A stretch of DNA of 63,966 nt, the filler included, from Reticulomyxa filosa (Eukaryota > Protista > Foraminifera), in the NCBI GenBank assembly GCA_000512085.1. It is 15 parts of 15 records of this genome, joined end to end, with 100 filler letters (N's around TTAATTAATTAA, not from the genome) between each part and the next. Parts side by side here need not be neighbours in the genome. Positions count along the whole stretch, not along the records: positions 26,222 to 27,316 come from ASPP01037432.1; positions 27,417 to 44,844 come from ASPP01007613.1; 13 more parts are not named here. One strand, 5' to 3'. Of this stretch, positions 26,122 through 38,800 are shown piece after piece. A program made the translations under genes and the position numbers. How positions within the stretch are numbered: the stretch's first letter is position 1; each line of letters starts with the position of its first letter. Under the pieces are notes generated by a model. It made no database searches. It saw only the letters and a list, made by a program, of their open reading frames with translations, and was not told the DNA's origin.

Positions 26122-27416
26122 NNNNNNNNNNNNNNNNNNNNNNNNNNNNNNNNNNNNNNNNNNNNTTAATTAATTAANNNNNNNNNNNNNNNNNNNNNNN
26201 NNNNNNNNNNNNNNNNNNNNNTGTTGAGAATCTGATTGTGCGGACGAATGATCTTCTTTAGGTGGGGTGTCAGTGTTGGTGACATCACCATCAACAGTGA
26301 AAGTCACTTTTATTGGAAGTGGCAGAATGTTCAGTCGATTGAGCATTTGCATTAGTATTCGCATCCGCATTAGGAATAACAGAAGAAGAAGGAGCCGCTT
26401 CTGTCAATAAATCCAAAGGAAGAGATTGTGATTGAAACTCAATTCCATCAAGTCTGAGACAATCTTTCAATATTATCTAAACTAAAAACATTAAGTCCAA
26501 GGATCAGCCATGGTAATTCTATTTTCAGGTGTATTTTTCTTATTATTTTCTCATTTGTTGTAATAAATATACATTAATTGAAACAATGTGAACATACACT
26601 TTTCGTTATATAGTAATTTACCTCATTTGCGGAATAAAACAAAGAGAAAGATGGAAAAGCAGCAGAATAAGAGTAGATTAATGACGACACATGTAAACGT
26701 TCCCAACATACAATTGGTACTGATAGAATACCTTTGAAAGAATATTAAAGTCAAAAACATTAATTACTTTGTCTTTCTCTCTGAATAATTTTCATTAATC
26801 GTTGCTTATTGTTTTTGTATTTACAACACCGACTGTTGGTATAGGAATCACAAATGAAGACGAGAAGAAGTGGATGTAGAAATGCAGAGTGAACATTGCT
26901 GCCTTAATTCGAATGGGAGCATCACAAAAGATACAACAAAAATGTGACTTGCAAGCGATATGCCGAAAGTGATAATATAGAGAACCTCCCATAATAAACA
27001 GCGAATGGTATCAATGTGAAAGACTTGAAGAAATTGAATTTGTCTACAATATCAGGAATACAATCTCCAATCATTCAATTACAAATTGGTGGATATTTTC
27101 CAAGGCGATATTCATTCGAGCCAAGAAATTTCAATGACACATCATGTCGTTGTAGTGATGTCCGCGTTCTCAAGGATCATTCACCTCGTCAATATATGTG
27201 CAGTCCTGCAATTGTGAATACAAAAGCAATCCATCGTTCCGTGTCGATGCAATACTTCACTTGGCCAAATTCTTAGTTCACAAATATTGCCATCAAAAGT
27301 AGAAAAAGATAAATTGNNNNNNNNNNNNNNNNNNNNNNNNNNNNNNNNNNNNNNNNNNNNTTAATTAATTAANNNNNNNNNNNNNNNNNNNNNNNNNNNN
27401 NNNNNNNNNNNNNNNN

Positions 27417-27769
27417 AACAACAACAACAACAACAACAACAACAGCAACAACAGCAATCATTCACTCAATCCATGTATCCAATGTATGCTGGATATCCGA
27501 TGACTACTCCAACTCAAACTGCAAGTAAGGGCGATGGCGATAATTATGTTCCGCCTTCACCTCCTCCTCCTCCTCCTGGACCGCCTCCACCCACAAACCC
27601 ACAACTTCAACAACAAATGCAACAGTACCAACAAATTCAGAACCCTACTCAATCTCTGTCTCCCTCTCAATCCCAAACTCCCATTGATGTCAATTATCAA
27701 GCTTATTATCATCAGTTCTCTCAATATTGTCAGCCTTATGCGCCATATGCGCCAGTTAAACTCTTTTAG
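27417..27769 (+). CDS. Q/P-rich low-complexity C-terminal fragment
   Basis: Open frame from the contig start with CAA repeats and PPPPPPPGPPPP, ending in TAG. Confidence 0.55.
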
Positions 27770-28448
27770 CATTTCAAATGTTAGCTGCTTTTTCAATTTG
27801 TTTGTGTTTGTATTGTTCTGTGAACTTGGATACAGTATTCTTATTATCCTCAATATTCACAGCAGACCCAAATGACTCAAGACTCTACTTCTTTTGTCAA
27901 TATGAACCCAAAAGAACAAACAACGACGGCAGATACGACACAAAAGTCGTCGTCTTGAAATTGAAGGTTTATTTTTTTATTTTTTTTTTTTACGCTTTGT
28001 TCTATTTTGGTTTAGGTTTGTCATAAAAAGTAGTGGCGAAATTAAACAACACACACTTTATTGCTTTGAGAGGTTCCCCTCTTCTCTTTCTTGATTATTT
28101 ATTATTACTTAATGCACATTAAACAAGAAACCAGCCCGCTTGCTATACAATGCGTTGCACGCCCGAGCGGTCACATATTAATCGTACGCTTTTGATATCA
28201 CATGTCCGCGGTAGTTTTGTTACTTTTCGTTTTTGGAAAAAACAAAAACATCACAACACTCTAAATGAAATTTATTCAACAAAAAAAGCAATTCTTAGTT
28301 GCATTGACTTATCAAAAACTTTGCCCACTGATTCGATGGACAATTTTGTATTCATAATTTGAGTTGAATCAACTCATCAATTTTTCTTTTTTAACTTGCT
28401 CGCTGGTTATCTCCTTTAATATATCTCTCCTTTATTAAACAAAAGAAA

Positions 28449-28800
28449 ATGCAACCAAGCAATATACCTACTAAAGGATTTGATAAAGAAAAGGTCGAAC
28501 AGTTTATCCAAGCCCACGTTCAATCTATACTTGAAGACAAAAAATTGATCAAAGTTTAGTCAAATCATGGGCTCAACAGATTAGTTCACCAGTTTTGGAA
28601 CGGCTAGTTGAAGAAAGCAAAAATAATGAAGGCCAATATAAGTTTGTAGTAATTCCATGGTAATGGAATGCACAGGCGGAGGACTGCACAGTACTAGCAG
28701 TTGTTTGTGGGACAAACAAGCCGATAACTCAGTTTCCATACAATGGAGCAACCAAAAACTGCTCTGTGTCGTTTCCATTTGGGCCTTGAAGTGCAATTAA
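28449..28800 (+). CDS. Tctex-1 family dynein light chain (two single-base frameshifts)
   Basis: Joined frames read MQPSNIPTKGFDKEKVEQFIQAHVQSILEDKK/DQSLVKSWAQQIS...YKFVV/SMVMECTGGGLHSTSSCLWDKQADNSVSIQWSNQKLLCVVSIWAL. YKFVV and GLHxxSSCxWD are Tctex-1 motifs. Absent from the ORF track. Confidence 0.85.
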
Positions 28801-29883
28801 CACGCCTGCTTTCGGTTCCCTTTTGAAACCTTTCAACTTTTTAAAAAAACAAGTAAAACATGATCAAATAATTTTTAAAAAATTCATTTAATTTCACAAA
28901 ATAGGATGTTGTATATTGTAGTTGATTGTTTTTGCGTTTACGAAAAATAATTTAAGCAAGTCTATTCTCGAAGACTTTCCAAAAAAAAGTCTTGCAAATT
29001 CACCACAAAACTCTTAAAAAAAAACATGGACAAATAAATTTTTCCTTTTTCGCAGTAAGGTGTTTATGTACCGGTTTCTAAATATAATATGATTGTTACA
29101 TGTTGACCTTTTTTTTTGCATTGTCAAAAGAGTGTTGTATATGTAGCACTTACATTTGTCGCAATGCGTCCACAAGATATTAAGATATGCATTAAACTTG
29201 TTTTGCTTATTATAGCAGACTTTAGGTGATCGTTACTTTTATATTTCTATTTTTTGCTTAATTTTCGCTGAACTTTTCAAAAAGGTATTTGTTGAATTAC
29301 ACTTAGACTAGGTCTCTCCAGTTGTATCTATCACTTTATATGATAAAGTTATTTATATATGACTTGGTCTTTGTTCAAAATGTGCACTCATGAATATATT
29401 TTCAATTTGGACTGTTAAAAATTAATCTCATGTCACTGTAGTGATACATGAATCATAACTGACTCCAGAGTTGTAATAATTCAACTCTTTAATGCAAAAC
29501 ACTCTTTATCCATTTTCTTTATTTAATTCAAAATCTCTAGAAAACCCTCTTTCTTATATCTCTCTATATCACTATGCACTTATTTTTGCAAATCACTGCC
29601 CAACATTAGAGATATCTCTTGGACTTTTTTATTAGTTCTTACAAAAAAAAGGATAATGTAATGGCATATTTCTAGAAGTTTATTGAAAACTATGGAGAAA
29701 AAAATAAGTTCCAACACTCAGTACGTAGAACGTATCTTTCTGCAAAGACATCTTAATTTGATGGAAATCAGCAGTTCTTCAGCTTGATTTCCTTGAAACG
29801 AATTTGTGAGATTAAAAAACGAGTCCTTAAAGTTTGGAGGAAATGCTTTAAAACAAACCGTTAAAAGTTCAGCGATTGGTTAA

Positions 29884-31757
29884 ATGGAAAATGGTCTCTT
29901 TCCACACAAGCAAAAGAGGCTTTGGTCAGAATGTTTAGCCCTACGAAATATAGTTATTATGATTTTCCTTTTTGTCTGTGGTGTGTTGTTCCTTGAGTTC
30001 GAAGTTATGTCGGGTTTGCTAAGTGCCAATTTTGGAAACGACGGCGTAAATGATATCTTTGCGCCGCGTCAGCCGTCGGCCAGAGAAGAAATATCAACAC
30101 CCCCAAGTAAAGAAAGCAAAAGAGTGAGTGACACAAGTGCCGAAAAAGCAAAAACGTTGCTAACAAAAAAAAACCCAAAGAATTTGGAAGGGTGCATTCC
30201 TCCCATAGGATTTCCGATCCGACCGTTACGTGTGGACGAGATGCCATACGTATGTCGGAACTTGAAATATTTTGATGAATTGCTTGAAAGTTGCATGCAG
30301 CAAAAAGCAATTCAAAATCCTGAAGAATGCGAACCATGCATGCCCCCCAAGCAGATGGATACATTGCCACCATGGCTTGTGCAGATGACCAACACGGTAA
30401 TCTACAACGAATTGAAATACCGAAACCAACGCAGAAGAGAGATTTTGAAGTTGATCGAGTCCAACCAATTGGTCCCTTCTCCACATGGCATCGTATTGAT
30501 GACATTGAATTGGGGATATAAGCATTTATTTTTGAATTGGGTTTGTGGGCTCGCCAAATTATCAATCCCAGACGTTCGACAAAACACGCTGATCATTGCA
30601 TCCGACCCGGAGTCGTTCGCACTCAGTCGAGATCAAGTGGGGTTTCCAGCCACATTGAATGGGTCTTGGATCGAAGGAGAATTTGTGACCGTTTCGTGAA
30701 TCTCTGTACATATTCATCTTAACAATTTTTCTTTAATTTCCTTGGGAGGGCTATTTTGTCTTTGTTTTCTTTCTCTCTCTCTCTCTCTGTCTTCTTTTTT
30801 TTTCCTTTCTCACGCCTTCCCCCCTTTTCCTCCCCCCCTTTTTTTTTTTCGAACAAAAAAAAAAAAAGGTAGTTTTGTTCCAACTTTTTTTTTTTTCTTC
30901 CTATCAATCATTTTTTTTTTTTTCTGTCCTCTCTCCTTACCCTTTTTTTTTTTTTTTTTGGAAAAAAAAAGTTTAAGTTGGAAGGGTATATATAGAAGTA
31001 CGTAAGAGAGGTTTGCAATGGTCCTTGGGGGGGAGGAAATGGAAATAATAGATTGACAAAGAGCCCCCAGACTATTTTGCTTTGGGTGCACATCGTTTCA
31101 TGGTCGCGTTTCAAATAATATACACATTTGATCTTATAGCACTGGGCTACGATGTAATAATGCAAGATGCTGACGTGGTTTGGCTGAAAGATCTGAGGAA
31201 ATATGAACGCTTTGGTAACCAGGAATTCATTGATATCGAAATGTCTTTCGACAATCGTTTCGATTATGCCGGCCCTGGTAACAGTGGCTTTATCAAAATC
31301 AATAGCAATTGCAAAACCAAAATCTTTATGGAAACTCTTATTGAATATATTGCATTGGTCGTTATTGGTCGATCGGATCAGGTTGTTTGGAATAATTTTT
31401 TTGAGAGAGGATCGCTTTCGAGCGTTGCATATACATATCCTTTCCTCAGAAGACTTTGTTGGCGGATGGCAATGGTCGGAAATTCTAAATCAAAAATCAC
31501 ATTCCAAATTACCTAATCGACAAAATATTTGGTTTATCCACGCCTCATGGACAGATGAACATCTCATGAAAATCCCCAAATTAAAACTCATTCGAGCATG
31601 GTTTTTTGATGAAACTTGCCAGTATTTTAACAAAGATTTTCTCCCGCGAAAACCGACACAAATGGTGCACGAAAATGAAATATTTGATGAAGCCAATGAC
31701 TTTCAATGGAATTGGGAAGCACATGTTAAAGATTTGCGTGCACGAGATCCAGAATAA
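29884..31757 (+). CDS. Type II membrane nucleotide-diphospho-sugar transferase (GT77-like), 2 exons, poly-T frameshift near 31400
   Basis: N-terminal TM anchor; FLNWVCG, LGYDVIMQDADVVWLKD (DxD motif), NSGF, DQVVWN and IHASW. Confidence 0.88.
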
Positions 31758-32092
31758 AATTTTGTGCAGTCCGTTTTTCGCTCACTTCGTTTTTTTTTTT
31801 TAAAAAACAATTGAAAACTAAAAAAAAAATAAAAAATAAGAAATAAAAAAATAAAAATGAAAATAAAATTGTTCCTTTTGGATAACCAATGACAACTATT
31901 TCATGTTGTTGTTTGACGTTAGAAAGTTATACTAGTCTTACTTTTCTTCTTATTCCTTCACAGCCAGTCAAAAATTAGATATTCAAATATTTATTATCGC
32001 CTTGAAATCTAGTTTACTTTTTTCTGACGGAACGAGGAAAAAAAAAAGTATTTATTTTATTTCCTAATTTTTACTGGTAATTGCTGGTTAGC

Positions 32093-33701
32093 ATGCCTCA
32101 TCAGCTTCCAGAGCTCAAATTTTGGCGTCATACTTTGGGCGCCTTAGGTTTGGAGTTATTTGCTCCTTTAATTACGATTATCTTGGCCTACATTGTTCAA
32201 AAGTGCAACGGGCTGGAGTATGATATTTATAACGATATTCGAAAGCAAGCCAATGGAAACATAATTACGTGGATAAGCTTTATTCTTCGTTCCAATTTCC
32301 CATCACCGCAAATAATGTTATACGTGCTCTTGTACTACCTCTTTGAGTACGCATTGCTGGTATTTGTCCCAGGATCTCAGTACAAAGGACCCCCAACCCC
32401 AACTGGCTACGTACCGTTGTACATAAAAAATGGTAATTTGTGCTACATCATTAATATTGTGTTATTCGTTTTGGCTTACGTCTTTTTGAAAGACGTTACC
32501 AGTGTACATTTAATCCATGACCATATCACATCGCTGATTATTAGTGCCACCCTCTATGGATACTTAATCACAATCTATTTATATTTCAAAGGTATATTTG
32601 CCAGCTATCACAAGCCTGATCTTGAGATAACTGGAAATTTTATTTACGATTACTACAAAGGTTTGTTTTTTTTTACATTTTAAATAGCATTTCACATAAA
32701 TGATTCAAAAAAAAAAAGCGATCTTGCGTGTGCGAAAGAAACTGGGACACACAAAAGAAAGTGGTGGACACGTGACATCCTAAATTATTTTTTTTTGTCC
32801 ACATATATAAATTGTCGTTAGGATTGGAGTGGTATCCTTCGATATTTGGTGTAAACTGCAAGCAACTTGTGAATTGCCGCATTGGTATGACACAATGGGC
32901 GTTGATCACGTTAAGCTATGCATTGAAAGATTTTGACGCGAATGGAAAAGGAGATTTGAATTATTTGTGTACCTCACCGGTGATGATTAGTGCATTATTG
33001 CAAATAATCTATTTAGGGAAATTTTTTTATTGGGAAACAGGCTACTTCCATACTATGGATGTGCAACATGACCGATGTGGTTTTTATATTACCTGGGGTA
33101 TGTGTGTTTGCTTGTTTTTGTTTGTTTGTATGCAATTCAAACTGACCTTGCTTGTTGTCATATTTGAATTATAGGTTGCACCGCGTGGGTACCAAGTGTC
33201 TATACGTTTCACACGGGATGGTTACTTGCGCAATCATTGCAACCAAAATACCATCAACAAATTCAATTGTCTTGGACACAAGCTGTGGTGGTGATGATAA
33301 GTGGTATTGCTTGCATTTACATCAACTATGCCAGTGATGCGCAAAAGTACTACGCTCGCATGAAAAAGGGAGAATGCAATATATGGGGAAAACCTTGTAA
33401 AATGATGAAGGCCGAATATATTGATGATACTGGTAAAGTAAAGGAGTCTTATCTCTTGTACTCTGGATATTGGGGTTTGTCACGTCACTTCCATTATGTC
33501 CCTGAAATTCTAAGCTCTTTCTTTTGGACCGTTCCTACCCATTATTACAGCATTATGCCTTATTTCTATGTTATTTATTTGACGATTTTGCTGACAGATA
33601 GAAGTTTCCGTGACGATGAAAGATGTCGTAATAAGTACGGTAAGCACTGGGATAAATATTGCCAGTTGGTTCCTTACAAAATTATTCCCTTCCTTTTTTA
33701 A
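32093..33701 (+). CDS. DHCR7: Sterol delta-7 reductase (ERG4/ERG24 family); exons 32093-32660, 32822-33097, 33175-33701
   Basis: GLEWYP, FFYWETGYFHTMDVQHDRCGFYITWGC, SGYWGLSRHFHYVPE and DRSFRDDERCRNKYG closely follow the plant DWF5-type enzymes. Splices are in frame. Confidence 0.93.
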
Positions 33702-34174
33702 TATAAGCTTTTTTTATAGTTTGAAGGTTTATTTCAAAGTGACCATGCACTTGTTGGACATTGAAAAATATTAGTGAATGTTTGCACTGTTTTTCACTTT
33801 GGTGAATTATACTTCTGTATGGCAACTCTGAAACACAATTTGTTGTTTTTATATTTTTCATTCAATTTTATGATATGACATAAAAGTACAGCATTCAAAA
33901 TTATATTTTGAGATACCACTAAAATTTCGTTCACTTGCATTTTCTCTTTCAAAGAGAATTATGTCCGTTCACACTTAATAAAATCACAGCATTTTCAAAA
34001 AGGATTTACAGAAAATTCCAAAAACCAAAAGAAAAAAAGAAAAATCTAATAAGCTCTTTTTTTCTTGAGTTACAGATTGCAGTTAATTAATTATTTAAGG
34101 ATGTTAATGAAACGATAATTCTCTGAAGTGGACTGAACAAGTGAGCGACACCAAAGAATTATTAGTTCCGCAAC

Positions 34175-35495
34175 TCAATTCTCGGAAATTGTCCAACTCT
34201 TAGAAATTCGGTGGCCAAAGTATTCCAAACCTTCCATGACCCCATGTGTTCTATTTGCTTTCGTAAGATACATATATTGTCCTTTTAATTCCCCATGAGC
34301 TTCATAATAATCTTGCAGTTCACGACTGCAGTTGCGAACAATAACAGCATGATAATTGGGTAGGCTTAGCATGGATATGTCATTGCCACTGTCCCCACAT
34401 ACGACAAAATTCTCTCCATTTTTGTGGTGTAGTCTCTTACGTATCCATTCCACAGCACAGCCTTTTCCAGCATGTGCAGGGCAAATGCAAGCCCACCAAT
34501 TGTTTGACGCTCGCTCAATGCAATAAAACGCATGAATTTTCATTGGATGTTTTGTGGACTTTTTGCGTTGCAAAGGAGACATTGCATCTTTGAACGTACA
34601 AAACAAACAAGATTTGGAGGGTGTCAAACAAGGGAGGAGGAGGAAAAAAAAAAAGAGTCAAACTGAGTTCTTTCTCAATTTGCAAATTGTATTCTTCCAC
34701 TCTTTTGAGGAAGAATTCTTGAGCAGATATGGCTTCTTCCATTGTAAATGTCATGACAGCTATTCGAAATGGCTCCAAAAAATCACTGCCTGCAGGCAAG
34801 GCAGCCAGTTTATGGTTTTGTTTCCACTCGTGGTGTAAGGACTCTGCAAACTCTTGATTCCAATCTGCTTGCAACGTCGCATCCCATCCGCGGTCCAGCC
34901 ATAAGAATTGGTGTGGTTCCGTGCCATTGTCAAATTTCATTTCATCTTTTGTGATTAGTATTTAGTATTTGTTCATCTCATTTGTAGTTACAACAATAAT
35001 TAAAAAAAAAATAAAAATAAAAAATGGAATTACCAAAGCCTGGTACAGGCTTTTCTTGCACCAATTGTGCTAAATGCTTGTTAAACCAAAAAATTTCAAC
35101 TCCATCCTTACAAATTAAAATGTCAGGCTTCAATAAATTGGGATACTCCTTTGTTGCCATTTCATATCTGGTCATCGAACGACCCGTTGCATACACTAGT
35201 ATACTGTTGTTCGGTGCATATTTGCTGCACCACAGCTTATTGAAATCCTGTGCTTTGTGTTAGATATATATAAATGTATATGTATATGTATACATTTATA
35301 TAACTTTTTAATGCTAATAAAAAAATCAACTTGAAGATTAGCTTGAGCTTGCTCCATTGATTCATTCGCACTAACACCAAGCAATGTATGGTCCAAGTCA
35401 GTGATCAACACAAGTCGAGGAGGTAGTTTTAATGGAAACTTGTGGTGGACTTGGTCCAGGATTGTTTTCCCGTATTTTGTCAGGTGAGGAATCAT
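34175..35495 (-). CDS. Sucrose-phosphate-phosphatase-like HAD-IIB hydrolase, 4 exons
   Basis: LITDLDHTLL (motif I), FNKLW...ILVYATGRS, LLKPDILICKDGVEI, GKGCAVEWI and CGDSGNDISML...AVIVRN follow the SPP/S6PP family pattern. Confidence 0.85.
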
Positions 35496-35816
35496 TGGGA
35501 AGAAAACACTTCACCTATTGATGTGAAGGGAAAAGTGGTGAAAAATATTCAGTGATAAAAAAACGACTTGGCAGAAAATAGTGCATTCCGTTAAAAAATA
35601 ACTTGCAACATCTCAGCAGGGGCGTCTTTTTTGAAAGCGACCAAACGTTCACAATTCAAATCTTTCACGTTTTTTTACACTTTTTCAAAACAATTTTATG
35701 GATCAAATGACAAAAAACAAAAATCTGTTTTGGCTGCTTATTAAAGGTAATGAAACAAGTAAACAAGATATTATTTCGTTGAAGGGACTGTAAAACTAAA
35801 AAACTGTCGAACTGCA

Positions 35817-38800
35817 ATGTCGTGGATTCGTGTTGATGATAATGAAGAAGATTCAGTTGGTGCATTTTCAAAAATAAATTCGCCACGTTCTTTAAATAAA
35901 TGTTATGGTGCTCGTCGTTGCACATGTTGTTGCTGTTGCTTGTACGAAGAAAATGCCAGTGATCTAAAAAAGGCAAAAGATTTTGCAAGCATAAAAACCG
36001 TCTACAGTCAACCACATTTCAAATATGCAAAGATCCTGTGGATGATTTTTTTTGTTTGCTATCTGATTAACGGTGTGCTTTATTTTGTGGGGTCGTATGG
36101 ACTGTTTCGTGATACCTGCATGAGTGGAAGTGTAAGTAGCTTGTTAGAAGAAATGATTGCAGACAACACTGTCAGCAATGTTTGTCTTTTCTGTTAAGTC
36201 AAAAAAAAAAAAAACAAAAAAACAAAATTCGTTGTGGATCCATTGCAATATGCTTACATTGTAATTTTTGCATTGATGTTGTGTTTTAATTCGTGTTTGC
36301 CCGAATCTGCAGACTACTGGTTATATATCTGGTTTGATATCGTGGTGGCATTGTTTGTGGCTTATTTGACATACTTTGTGACGCTCACTGGTGATATGCG
36401 AGGTGATCGACTGTCTTCAGTTCTCAACTTGGCTCAAATCGTGTTTATATGCTATTGTATGTACTTTTTTAGCTATGTGCAAAATATATTATTCCATGAT
36501 GGCCCGTGTACGCAATATACCGCGAAAAAAACTCAAGACAGTGATGTCTATAACACTTGTAGCAGTTGCGTCCATTTGTTCTACTATTTGTTCTTTCTTT
36601 CTTTTTTTTTTTTTTTTAAAAAAAAAAAAGGGAGGAGGGAGGAAAGGACAGTACGAAGGTATAAAAAAAAAAAAAAAGGGTTACTTTTTGCACTTGTTAT
36701 TGACACACTTTTTTTTTCCCTTCTCTTTTCCTCTCAGACTTTGAAACGAATTACGGCATAGCGCAGTTCACATGCAGTGTTTATTTGATCTTTCAACTAG
36801 TTTGTTTGATACACGAACGTGTTATCGCACTGGGTTTGGTGTGTTATATTTGATCACAAATTCATGTCTCTTTTGTGTTGAAAGAATAAACAACAATAAT
36901 AAATAATAAATAATAAATAATAACAAAGACACTGAGCGATTTTACACCGACACAAATGCGCTTAAATATTGTCGCATTAATGAAAAGAAAACACTGGGAT
37001 GAAACGCTTTCCAACGTTGGCGCAATGTCTCAAGCGTTACGGCCGTCGTTTTGCAAAGACAGAGTGTGTGTTCCATTTGTGAACGCAGTCCAACACGTGT
37101 TTTATCGAGTGTTATTACTAGACAAGCGCAATCTGGAGATGGCCTTTCACTATGTGTGGAGCGAAATCAGACGCAACAACTTTTCGTTTTTTATTGGCCT
37201 GTTTACTGTCTTCACCACTGTCAGTGTGGTTGGCTTTTTGCCCGCAGTCTACGAAAAGAGTCCGTGGGTGTTCTTGAAACTTGCAGAAGTGCAAGTTGGA
37301 GAAGCAGATATGGTTAAAAAAAAAAAAAACAAACAGCAATAAAAAAACTTTTTTTTTAATATGTATTCCCCCCCCCCTCCTTTTCTTAATGAAAAGGGGA
37401 TGCATAGTACATTATTTGTATATATATATGTATATGCAAAGAAAATGTGTGTACATGGCAATATGCAGATGTTAACGGCCACCTTTTCTGGCGACAGCAC
37501 GGCCAGCTCGGAACCTCTTTTCGGAAACGTAAATGGTGGGCACTTTGTGTACGAAAACGTGACGATCAATGTGACGTATTCGAACAACTCGATCAATGTG
37601 AATGTAAACGAAACCTTGATTAATCAAATCGTGAAAGAATACAACCTGACGCTAATGTCGAATTTAGGCGTGATCAATGTGTCAAATTTCGACTCACTCG
37701 TTTGGAGAGAAATACTCAGACGCACCTCACTGTCGCCAGCACAAGTGCAAGAATTTGCAGATATTTGGAACCAGTACTATCTAAAGCATGAAAACGACAC
37801 GTATCTAAATGTCACGCAATTCCTGGTGTATTTATACAACTCGACAAACGAAACGAACTGGAATGTGTATTTCAATGACACGCGCAGTTATGTGATCACC
37901 GTACCGGTCGAATACATCCCGTCGAATGCCAGCACATCGCCGTCGTCGTCGTGCAGTAATAGCAGTGATCAAGCATGCGTGGTGGACTATGGTACGGCGC
38001 CGCTTTTGAATTACAGCTATGCGAGCAAGCTGCTGCAAACAGTGTCTCAGGTGAGTGGGAGCGTGCCGAGGTGGTGGGCATTGGCGAATGCCACGAGTGA
38101 ATATTTGGGCAGCGGACAAACACCAGAAGGCTGCATTGTCCTAATTATCGACAGTGCGTTGGAAAAGGAAGTTGGTATGTCGTCATTGAGAGGATGCAAA
38201 AGTATCCAATACGTATACATATATAAACATATATAAACATGTATATGTATATATATATATTTATATAAAAAAAGGTATTGGAAGATCTTGGAAGAATGTT
38301 CCTACGTTGGAAAATAATGAGTGCTATACTATGGACACAGTCGTGCGTGGAGTTGGAATGGAGCCCAAATCGTCAATTGGAAAAGATCTTTTATTGTATG
38401 CGAATTTGGGCGGTTTGGAATATTCGTTTGGCTTGGACTTTGCGGCCATGTTTTTGGATACGAATGCATCGCGTGCTCTCGAGAAAGAGCTGATTCAGCG
38501 AGGCATGACACAAAGTTGCTTGACGGTGAATTTGGGCTGCACCAACACGCTGAATTCGAGCAGCACTGACAGTATAAAAGGGCTGGTGTGGTCGTTGTAC
38601 GATTGGGACAACACGTTGTACTTTGAAGGCGATGCGAGCACCAATGACGTGTGCGTGCAGGTGTATAATGACAGCTACACGTTAGTGATTATGGACAAGT
38701 ATGGCAATGGCTTCCATCATGGCGATGGATGCGCTTATGAAGTGATATGGGATCAAGTGTCCGTAAGTGTTGACAATGAAGACTTGTCGTATGGATATTA

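Noticed and set aside
26222-27316. Possible membrane-protein gene on the minus strand
   Set aside because: Coding-like composition, but multiple stops and frame breaks and no recognisable motif; no call can be supported.
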